DNA of 64,000 bases from Tubulanus polymorphus (Eukaryota; Animalia; Nemertea), in contig NC_134027.1 of the NCBI RefSeq assembly GCF_964204645.1, positions 17,756,560 through 17,820,559 of the forward strand, in the 5' to 3' direction. The first letter of the stretch is position 1, and every line of letters begins with the position of its first letter. Positions 24,613 to 35,615 of the stretch are shown here, in pieces. Under the pieces are notes generated by a model, which saw nothing but the letters and a program-made list of their open reading frames with translations, had not been told where the DNA came from and did not search any database. Position numbers and translations under genes: made by a program.

Positions 24613-27358
24613 TTAGGAAAGGGGGAGACCCAAGAACAACGGCAACAACAGCTAACAGAAAGTAAAAATTCCTGAGGACGCCCCTGTCGAAATAGGCCTA
24701 TCTACGTGACTTTACCTGTTTACGGGTTGAGAATTTGATGAACACAGTGCAGAAACAGGGAGTCCGAGTTATCAAGTGGTAGAGCAAAGGGCGGCTTAAG
24801 TGTGATATACATCGAAATAGAGCGCTATGCGTAAAGTCAATTAAGTAAATCTGCTGTTTATCTGTAATTGGGGTCGGCAGGTAGACACTACATGCAATAC
24901 GTCGTGAACTGTCGATGTGAGCATTCCTCTACTTTTGCACCGTAGAGTATCTAAGTCTATGAAACTCTCGCCGTTTTATATTTATTTTGTATGAGGAATC
25001 GACTGGTACAAATCGTTTTCAAAAATCATATTACAATAAAATTATGCTGTTATAATTCTTGGTATCATTTCAAATTATTCTATTCATGTCTTTTGCTTGC
25101 GCCTGCAACCGATTTTTAGAGGTTTTTAGAAAAAAAATCTCTAAGTGTAAAACAATATTGGGCTCAATATTGTTTGCCGACTTGTAATCGATTTTGAGGA
25201 CTACAACCACATGATGATCTCAAACGCAAACAAATTGGTCTCAAAAGAACTTTAAAGAAGAAACTTTATTATTTACAAATAAAAACGTCTACCCGGTACG
25301 TCAGGTTTCACTTATATCATCATATTATCGGTTTCAATAATCGCGTATGCGTCTTCAAAGATCATCCGCAGTATGAACTAATTGAGAATATAGTTTCCGG
25401 ACGTACCATAACACTGGTTCTGATGATGATACTGAACTGGCCTGAACAGAACTATGTATTCATCCTGCCGTTATTGTAATAAATATATGTTGTGCACCAA
25501 CATTCATTCAACGGCTCGTTTTACTCTGTTGCAGTCTTTGGGAATTATGTAGGCATATAGGCCTATATCTGAGTGAAGGTGGCAGCAGTGTAGTGCTGGA
25601 GTGTTGCTCCTGTTTGTCTCCCCAAATAGCTGGAAATAATGTGTTAGCTATTGGTGGTGTCTGAATTGGGACTGTACTCGATTTGTTATAAATGTGCTCT
25701 GACTGTGCTGATGAAGGTTCTTCCGTGCTCGAGTTTTGTTCTTACGCTGTTTTCTGGACTTTTTTTGTGAATCAATTTTTGAACTACTGTGATATTTCTA
25801 CTGACCTTGACATCTCACTCATATTGTGGTATACAAATGCCTAGAGATTGTTGATTACTGTGATATGGTCAATGACCATGCAATCATTCACAAGCGATTA
25901 CTTGCATAAATTGAAGAATGCTGGCACACTTACTGACATTCAACTAAGTGAAAAGCTTAAACATTTAAACATTCTGAAAAGAACTACAACCAGGCGCAGC
26001 AAACGTGGTCAAGGACATACCTGGGGGTTTGCGCATAAAGGATTAACCCCCGGTTTCCTAAATGCTCAGTCCATTAGGAATAAATATGACCAGCTACTAA
26101 TTGAAGTCAAGAATCATGATCTGGATATTTTCTGCCTCAATGAAAATTGGATAACGTCAGCTGAACGGGACAGTTGTTATATAACTGGGATTAGCGCTCC
26201 AGGCTATGACTTCATTAATTTTCCTTTTCCGAAAAATTTCGGTTTTGGTGGAGTTGGTCTTTTTTATCTAAAAGCAGCCTGAAAGTCGAAAAGAGGTCTT
26301 ACAATCTGTCAGGGACTTGCTTTGAAGCTTGTGCTACAAAATTTAGTCTTGGATCCCGTGTTCTACATTTAGTTATTCTAATACAGGCCACCACCATCAA
26401 AAAAGAACAAGTTCACAGCGTCTATGTTCTTTCAAGAAGTTTCACCCTTTCTACTTGACCTTATGTCTGAGTCCAGTGAAATTCTACTCGTTGGGGATGT
26501 CAACTTCCATCTGGACCAAGTTCATTCTCCTGAAACTGTCAAATTCAACAATTTACTGGATTCCTTCAATTTAGTACAACATGTGACTTTCCCGACACAT
26601 CGATCACTCCACATTTTAGACGCAGTTATCACTATGGCAGGACAGTCATATTCTAAAAAGGATATGTAGAAGGGCCATGGTGTCTGATCACAATCTTATT
26701 GTGTGTATCGTAGATTTCCTGAAACTGTCAGCTGTCAAACATGAAGTGGTAGTGAGGAAATTGCGCGGTGTTGATCCTGATGCTGTTATATCGGATATCA
26801 TGTTGCTACCACCATCTGATACGGACCTTGACGTAGCTCAACTGAGTCATCATTATGATACTTCTTTAAGTCAAATAATTGACAGTCATGCGCCACCACG
26901 CAAACGTCTTGTACCTGCTAGAATAGTTCAGCCGTGGTTTACACCTGATCTCGTACAGGCAAAGTCTGCAAAACATGCTGCTGAAAATATTTGGCGCAAA
27001 ACTCATTTGACAATCCACTACGACATTTTTCGTGCCGCTAAGGCTCTCTATAATGGGCTAGTTACAAATGCGAAAGCAAAGCACCTTAACACTAGAATAG
27101 TCGCAGCGGGTTCAGATTGTAAAGCTATGTACGATGTTTTAAACGAGATTCTGTTGAAGGATAATACCAAGAAATTGCCAGCTCACTCTGATCCTGGCCA
27201 ACTTGCCAATAAGTTCGCTGACTTTTTTGCTAGTAAGGTTGAATTGATTCGAAGGAGTTTTGCTAATGACGCTCAACTCAGTTCCGATAATTATAGTTGT
27301 GTATCAGAGTTACCTGAATTCTATCCGGTGTCGCCAGATGAGCTGTCAACTATAGTAA

Positions 27359-28634
27359 ACTAGGGGTCCAGGGACACCATGCCCACTTGGGAAGTGGTTT
27401 CAAATGCTCAACAATCTAACAATTTCAATATTCAACGCCCCCTGGTGACCATTTACAAAAACCAACGACCTTGAAACTCAACAAAATCATAGAACATGTC
27501 AGCAGCTACGATTTTATAATTGGTTGTGATAACAAAATATGCCTCGTTACCAATTTAATATGGAAATACTAAGTCATTCTACTATTCAACGCCCCCCTGG
27601 TGACCATATTCAAAACCCAATGACCTCGAAACTCACCACAATCATAGAACATGTCATGAACTACAACTTTGTAATTGATCATGGTAACAAAATATGCCTA
27701 GGTACCAATATAATAAAAATTAAAAATAGAAATACTAAGTTATTCTACTATTCAACGCCGCCTGGTGACCATATAGAAAAGCTAATGTCCTTAAAACTCG
27801 CAACAATCATAGATGATGTCATGAGCTACAACTTTCCAATTGATTGTGGTTACAAAATATGCATAGGTACGAATATAATAAAGAAATGCGAAGATATTGT
27901 ATTATTCAACGCCCCCTGGTGGCCATATACGAAATCCAATTACCTAGAAACTCACCACAATCATAGAACACTTTATGAGCTACAACTTTCTAATAGATTG
28001 TGGTAGCAAAATACGCTTAGGTATCAAGATAATGTGGAAAAACTTTTTCCCACTTATGAATGAGTACTGGTGACACAAAGATGGCCGCCAATTGCGTCGT
28101 AATTGGCTGATGAAAAATACCTGTCTCAGGTAATAGAACATCCCTTTCAAAAGAATACCCATCACAAATTGCAATGAGAAATGGCAAACCAGTAGGAAGC
28201 TACAGGACTCAGAATTCGGGCCAAAATTAACATTTTGGGTACTAAAAATGTCATAGGACGGCCATCTTGAGTCCGACCGACCCAATTTTTGTTATGTTGA
28301 TGGGCCCTGGGGGGATTTACATATATCCGAAAGATCAAGGTAATTGATCAAAGCGTCTTCAAAATTTCCCTCAAAAGTAAAAAAATGTGTAAAAAGTCCT
28401 GATTTTGGCGAACAACAATGGCGGCTTGTCGACAATCTTGATTCTGACAGGGCCAGTTTTTGGGCTGAAGATGTGTCTAGGGTAGATACATGTGTAACCC
28501 AAATATCAAGACGTTACCTTGAAGCGTCTTCAAAACTTCCCAAAATAACTGGATTCCGTCTATGGACGGACGGACGAACGACGAACGAAAAGTGAACGCA
28601 ATAGCCCGCTGGGACTAAAGTCCCAAGTGGGCTA
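27359..28634 (-). mobile_element. HINE H1, full length, 4 core repeats
   Basis: AACTAGGGGTCCAGGGACACCATGCCCACTTGGGA ... GCCCGCTGGGACTAAAGTCCCAAGTGGGCTA; inserted in an A run without a clear TSD. Confidence 0.92.
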
Positions 28635-28798
28635 AAAAGTCACCTACAAAATCGTGCAACCTGGACCCAGTGCCAACGTGGTTTCTTAAGTCAATTCTGC
28701 CAGCAGTCATTCCTATGATCGCTGACATCGTCGAGAAGTCCCTCGCTGAAGGGTTAGTTCCGGATTCCTTTAAGGTGGCTATGGTGTCTCCGCTGTTA

Positions 28799-29856
28799 AA
28801 CTAGGGGTCCAGGGACACCATGCCCACTTGGGAAGTGGTTCCAAATGCTCAACAATCTAACAATTTCAATATTTCAATATTCCCCTGGTGACCATATACA
28901 GAATCCAATGACCTTGAAACTCACCACAATCATAGAACATGTCAGCAGCTACGATTTTTTAATTGATTGTGATAACAAAATATGCCTCGTTACCACTTTA
29001 ATATGGAAATACTAAGTTATTCTACTATTCAACGCCCCTTGGTGACCATATTCAAAACCCAATGACCTTGAAACTCACCACAATCAGAGAACATGTCACA
29101 AACTATAACTTTGTAATTGATCATGGTAACAAAATATGCCTAGGTACCAATATAATAAGGAAATACTAAGTTATTCTACTATTCAACGCCCCCTGGTGAC
29201 CATATAGAATAACTAATGGCCTTAAAACTCACCACAATCATAGAACACGTTATAAGCTACAACTTTCTAAATGATTGTGGTAACAAAATACGCTTAGGTA
29301 TCAATATAATGTGGAAAAACTTTTTCCCACTTACGAATGAGTACTGCTGACACCAAGATGGCCGCCAATTGCGTCATAATTGGCTGATGAAAAATACCTG
29401 TCTCAGGTATAAAACATCCCTTTCCAAAGAATACCCATCACAAATTGCAATGAGAAATGATAAACCAGTAGGAAGCTTCAGGACTCAGAATTTGGGCCAA
29501 AATTAACATTTTTGGGCACTAAAAAGGTCATAGGACGGCCATCTTGAGTCCGATCGACCCAATTTTTGTTATGCTGATGGGCCCTGGGGGAATTCACATA
29601 TATCCGGAAGATCAAAAATGTGTAAAAAGTGCTGATTTTGGCGAACAAAAATGGCTGTCAGACGGCCATCTTAAATCTGACAGGGCCAGTTTTTTGGCTG
29701 AAGATGTGTCTAGGGTTGATACATGTATAAACCAAATATCAAGACGTTACCTTGAAGCGTCTTCAAAACTTCCCAAAATAACTGGATTCCGTCTACGGAC
29801 GGACGGACGAAAAGTGAACGCAATAGCCCGCTGGGACTAAAGTCCCAAGTGGGCTA
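28799..29856 (-). mobile_element. HINE H1, full length, 3 core repeats
   Basis: Same termini as 27359-28634; inserted in an A run of the LINE RT. Confidence 0.92.
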
Positions 29857-30789
29857 AAAAACATAACCTTGACGCTAACATTGTGCTAAAAAACTACCAG
29901 CCTGTGAGCAATCTATCCTTTCTCTCTAAAGTGCTCGAGAGAGTTGTTGCTGCACAATTAACAGCATACATGGATGCAAACGGCCTACACGATTCGCTTC
30001 AGTCTGCATACAAACCAGGTCATAGTACTGAAACGGCTCTGTTAAAAGTGCAAAGTGACTTACGCTCCATGGTTGACAAGCATGGCGTGGTCGTCCTTAT
30101 CCTGCTTGACTTAAGCGCGGCATTTGACACTGTCGATCATTCCATTCTTATCAAACGGCTACAGATCGTTTAGGTGTGACAGGTACTGCCTTAAAGTGGT
30201 TCCAGTCATACCTGTCTAATCGCAAACAGTGTGTTGTTTTAAATGGCCATCATTCTGAATCTGAAGTACTCGCGTGTGGCGTGCCCCAAGGGTCAGTACT
30301 CGGCCCTTTACTGTTTCTGGTGTACATTCTTCCTCTAGCCCAGTTCTTCAATGGAAGTATTGTTCACCGTCATGGTTTCGCTGATGACAAGCAGATATAC
30401 ATGCCATTTAATTGCAGAGGTTCAAGTTTAGGCGAGCAGGTTACTATCATCGAAACACAGAGTTCGTTAGTAAATCCCTGGCTCAATGACAACAAGTTTA
30501 AGTGTAATCTGGACAAATTTGAAGCGATCCTAATAGGTACAGATCAGGCTATGCTTAACATCAATCTGCAGTATATCAACATTGATGGTCATAGGATCCC
30601 CACTTTCTACGGTGCCAATACGCAATCTTGGAGTTATGTTTGATTCTAAATTAGCCATGGACAGCCACGTTAGTAGTATCATACGAACGACATCATTCCA
30701 TCTCCGTACTATCGGTTTGGCGAGGCGTCACTTAACTACTGAGGTAAACCTGGTGATCAACCGAGATGAAATGAAATATATAACATATT

Positions 30790-31077
30790 TATTTATTCCT
30801 TATCGATTTTAACACTTGAAATCATGCTATATCAGTAATAAATACCTTCTAGAGTCATATTTTACATATTTTTTTTAATTAAAAAGATTTTGACTTCATA
30901 TACATAAACTCGGTTAGCAATAAAATTTCATTGAATTTGATTGATCGACGATCTCATCTCGGTAAAGTTAATTTATTTTTCTACAAAATTATTCGACAAA
31001 ATATGTAAAATATGACTCCAGCAGGCATTTATTACGGATATATGATTTCAATTGTTAAAATCGATAAGGAATATATA
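30790..31077. repeat. Imperfect inverted repeat (~80-bp arms), foldback/MITE remnant
   Basis: ATTCCTTATCGATTTTAACA...GAGTCATATTTTACATATT is mirrored by AATATGTAAAATATGACTC...TGTTAAAATCGATAAGGAAT. Confidence 0.7.
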
Positions 31078-32304
31078 AGTTGTTAGCTATATCCATAAAA
31101 AATTCAAATAGCTCCAATCTTACTGAAAGAAAGCTTGTTGGAATGGGAAGGGCTCAAATAACAATATGCTTTTTAAATTTTTGAATTATCTTCAGTAGTT
31201 TTCGAGATATCGCAAATTGAAGTTTGAAAATTTGAGCGAGAAGTGTCTTCATGTTTCAATACACAAAAACTGTGATCTAAGAAGGCAATAATTCATGTAA
31301 ACAAACCTCAATATCTCTTAAACTAAAAGAGATAGACTAGAAATTTAAAGAGCAATACACTCATAGCACTTTCAGGTGACAGTTGAAAGACCCAAAATTT
31401 GTATCTGATTCCAAATGCCTATGGTTTCCATGGAAACCAGCCGAAAAATGGTAAAATAATGAAAATATCGATGTTAGATCAAAAGTTATGATGTAGAAAG
31501 GGGATAGAATAACTAGTTATCAATAGTTTACGTTTGCCCTAAGTTTATATAGGAATATCTATTACTATATAGATTATTACGCGGCGCGTCATCATTCAAT
31601 AACAAGTGCCGGCCGCCATTTTGTATCGCTCGCTTCAACGCAAAACTTAGACATCGACTTTTCCGGCAGCGATCGCTCAGCCCCGACACGAAATAAAATC
31701 ATGCGGTCTTCAGTATTTGAATTTTAAGATCCTAAACCTTCCGATTCCTGATGATTCGTCGCTTATTCCGGGTCCTAAGCTGACGAATTTTGCTCTTGAA
31801 AAAGGGTATATTTCGATTTCTATTTTCTTCAACTAAAATGCGGATTTATACACTAAACCAACCCCCAAGTGATAAAGATCGATCTTATTGGTTGATTCAA
31901 AAAGATTTTAGCTCATTTGCATTGATAGACAGGTTTTATGAATGATTTTACTATGTGATGTCAAAGCGCGTAGTAAAAACGCTCATCACACTTTTCCTAA
32001 TCAATAATGGTCGTCACAATCGATAGTGGCGCCCCGCGCAGACATGAACATACCTACTAAATGTCGTTTGTTACAAGCGCTGTGATTGGTACCACCGGAT
32101 TCTGGTCGGCTAGTAATGACTCCAACGACTCGTGAGGTCAAGGGGTTCAGCGAACAGCTTTGGCGTAGTGGGTTCGAATTCCTTGATGGGTGAAGATGGG
32201 TAAAATACATCATCTCGGTAATAAGGATGACCGGGTCCCTGTGGGCCAAACTTCAAATACCGAGCCCTGTGTGGTAGATTAGTGAAGTAAGTAACGACAC
32301 GTAC

Positions 32305-32373
32305 CTTTTGAATAGTCTGTGTATTTGGAGGCCCTTTACCTCGTTGGTGAGGAGGTACAAACGCTAATGACAT
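32305..32373 (-). CDS. SS18: SS18-like first coding exon (MSLAFVPPHQRGKGPPNTQTIQK)
   Basis: Matches SS18 N-terminus MSVAFAAPRQRGKGEITPAAIQK; 69 nt, gtacgt donor, phase 0 into exon 2. Confidence 0.95.
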
Positions 32374-32721
32374 ACTGAGCTATTATATTGAAGCGATCCA
32401 AATATACCAAAATAAACAGTGAATCAACCACAGTGAAAAACGACTGTCTTTTGTATTTAGACAAAAGTGGCGGACGTATACCGACTGCAAGATTTCACCA
32501 ATAAGGGGTAGCTCCGAGAATATCGAAAAGGAGGTTGGCTCCATCAACGGAAACCGCCACATAAAATGCGGTTCCTGAACTTCGCTGAAAGAGCTGAAAA
32601 CACTAATACGCTGGAAAGAAAACGCCAGAATTTCAAGGAATTCCCGAAAAACGTGCTAGGAACCGACAATAAGCTTTAACACGTTTTGTTATTACTTTCG
32701 GGCCGGTACGCTGCCGAGACC
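32374..32721 (-). promoter_or_regulatory. Probable 5' UTR/proximal promoter of SS18
   Basis: Only apparently unique sequence between the ATG and E1; positional inference, no TSS identified. Confidence 0.4.
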
Positions 32722-32741
32722 CATTATGAGAATGCCGGTTT

Positions 32742-35615
32742 CATTATGAGTTTTCCGGTTTGCTCGGCTACCCCCGTACTGGCGGGGTAGTCTAGAGAGG
32801 CTAATGAAAACTCCGGTTTGCTGAACCACCCCTCTTTGCGGGGATGCGGTATGATGTTTGATCTGACAGTTTCAAGTGGTTAATGGCTGTTTCAAGTGCT
32901 TACAACGATGCTTATTACTTCGTGGTACATGGTGGTTTAAAAAAAGATTTCATAATAATACGCTCACCGCGTGGGCTTCGTAGAAAGACCACTACCTGTG
33001 GCCTTCCCAAATTTTAATAGTCCTGTCCGATTTGGTTTCATCCAATTGAGAGACTGCCTTTTCCAGTTAGGGCATTTTTGGATCACGTCACTCCAGGAAA
33101 TGACTTAACGCTTTTGGGCCCCTTCGTCTGTTCCACATGTTTCATTTGAGCTATAGACCACAATGGTGACACCATGATGGTCAGTAACTGACCAATTGAG
33201 ATATCCCCGAGTCTGACCACTTGACTTCGAATTTCGGAAATTTATCATGTAATGTTTGTTTTCAAACCTCTAAGGAATCATCATTGCAAATTCATCACTG
33301 ACCATCACTGACCACCAATGACCAATTAAAACTTCTCGAATATGAAAACGATATACCGCGTTATGGTGTCAAACTAGAAAGGATTCGCCATTGAAAATTC
33401 ATAAATTGACCATCACTGACCACCACTGACCAATTGAAACTTCTTGAAAGAACGATATACCGGTACCGCTTTTGGTGTGAAACTAGAAAGGATTCGCCAT
33501 TAAAATTCATAAATTGACCATCACTGACCACCAGTGAAACTTCTTAAATATCGTGGTCGAATTCGAAAGTGCTTGTCGTCGTATTGCTATTTCTAGAAAC
33601 CAGCAGAAAGTTTTGCTACTGTTTTTGAATGGCGTTGACATGATGGAAATTTATTACCCATAAATGGGTTACACATCTGGATCACAGCACCTCACTTGCC
33701 GCAGTGCGTTATTTTCACTGCATAGTAATGCTAATACATAAACTTTTTTACTACTTGACTCGAATCATCTGAACAGTACTGCGTTTGAAAACTCAACGAA
33801 TAGAAAATGTTTGCGGGAAGCGCCTACAAATAAGTTATAATAAGATTAATTAATCGATGCATGAAAAACAATTAAATCACAAGGTGACTAACACCCGTCT
33901 TTCAACCAATCTGCGCGATACCAATTAATTAAATCATTAAACGCATTGGGTTCCTAATATTTGAAATCATGTGATACAATAGTTGTTCTTTAGACTTGGC
34001 CACTTTCATTTCAGAAAACCGCGTACTAGACCAGTGGTCACCGAGGCATTAACCATTCCTTCAAGTTTTGAAAATTCGATGGTAACGCGGATTCTTCGCC
34101 TCTAAAAACTGTTTCGTTAATAGTTGTCTTTATATTAAAAGTGTTCATAGGAATTGAAATTTGGAGCGATATCAGTCACAGCTGTAACCCTTTTTCATTG
34201 TCAGTTCTTTTTTGGAATTCAAGTAGATTAGTAAAAATATCAATGATAAAGTTCACTTATTATATCAAGTACCGTTTTTACTGTCGCATGCGAGTCGAAA
34301 CAAAAAGATCTATCCAACTGCATATGTTCGGGTATAACCTGTGATATCCTTCAGTATGTTATGAATATCTTTAAAAATTTGTGTTCTAGTATAATACCCG
34401 AAGGTTTAACTATCGGACACATAAAAGATTCGCCATAATCAAAGTTTTTAAGAAAATCTTTCTTCGAGAAAGAAAGATCTTTAAAAGAACGATTGGCGTC
34501 AAACTAATCCATAATGGACTGTTGTGAATTTATTGAATAATCCACCTGAGAAATTTTAAGATTTCGAAGCGAAATTTATTCATATAAATCAAAAATGCAT
34601 AAATAACTTGACGTTATTTGTGGGTCTCATGAAACACTTTGGTGCGCTCTTTTTAAATCTAAGATAGCATAAATACATGCGTGTTTCGTTATAAACAAGG
34701 TTAAATTCCAAACGCACATGAAATATGGAGCCTGTATCTCACACAATATACACATCTTGAATTTTCTCTAACTACGTAGGCCCTTTCCAAATGGGAATTG
34801 TTCAGTTTTTTAACGGCCGACATTCAGAGGCACCTAAAAACCGGTTGTATAGCACTTGAGATTTTCAGTGTAGGGCACATCTCACATCGACTCGGCTCGC
34901 GGTCGGTGGTTTAATGGGAACACATCTGGTTGTTACTAGTTTAACAGTTGACGAATTCAGAAAACTTTTTTCAAATGTCTTTGATAACTTTTTAAACATA
35001 GTATTCCTCTTAATAACATTTCGCTGATTCCATAGATATTTTTTCATGAAAATTGCTCCAGTTATAACGGATTTAAACATACATGTAAAATGATTATTTT
35101 TAAAATATTCAATTTTCTCCGATTTTGAAGAAATTCTGACACAATATCATCTCCACTCGACACATGATTTTACTTCGGCGCCTTTGAAGGGAGTGCCACT
35201 TGTTGTTGAGTTCATATTTAGTCAATAAAGAAGATATGTCTGATTCCTTTTTAGAATTTAGATTTCGACGGATATCATCAAATTACTAGAAAGGGACAGC
35301 AGCTTTCGGTCATCCGCAAAAAAATACCTAAAATGCTCTCCTAGGGTTATGGAAAAACATGTCACGAAACATACGGAAAATCCTTTGTTTGGTAGACTGA
35401 AATTATTGAACTCTTAAATAGCAACATTCAGAGAAACAAAAACATAAGAATATATTCTCGCCCACCCTTTAAAAAAACAACGTGATTTCAATTGAAGATG
35501 ACACGTAGCCTCATATCAAATGATATGAACGCAACAGAGCCTATTCATTCTCTTTATGAGGATGGGTCTCCACATTCATAGCAGAGGCGGATCCAGACCG
35601 TATTAGCCGTATTGC
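32742..35615 (-). mobile_element. E1 copy A' (inverted right half), ending in a MITE remnant (35582-35615)
   Basis: Reverse complement of ~38594-41676; starts CATTATGAGTTTTCCGGTTTGCT. Confidence 0.92.

Larger units (their letters stand above)
25575..30745 (+). mobile_element. Decayed L2/CR1-group LINE (APE endonuclease + RT), split by two HINE H1 insertions, 3' end missing
   Basis: FLNAQSIRNK, GDVNFH, SDH endonuclease motifs; RT NYQPVSNLSFLSKVLE, HSTETAL, LLDLSAAFDTVDH, GVPQGSVLGP, FADD. Segment 28635-28798 reads KSPTKSCNLDPVPTW...VSPLL between the inserts. 5' boundary approximate. Confidence 0.92.

Noticed and set aside
27539-28006. 155-aa ORF as a host gene
   Set aside because: Lies wholly in HINE core tandem repeats; the peptide repeats mirror the DNA repeat.
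32110-32304. Extension of the SS18 exon 1 ORF past the donor
   Set aside because: SS18 similarity stops exactly at the GT donor; the remainder is intron read-through.
32722-32745. E1 as a P element because its end resembles CATGATGA
   Set aside because: No 7-8 bp TSD at copy B and no P transposase recognised inside; left unclassified.
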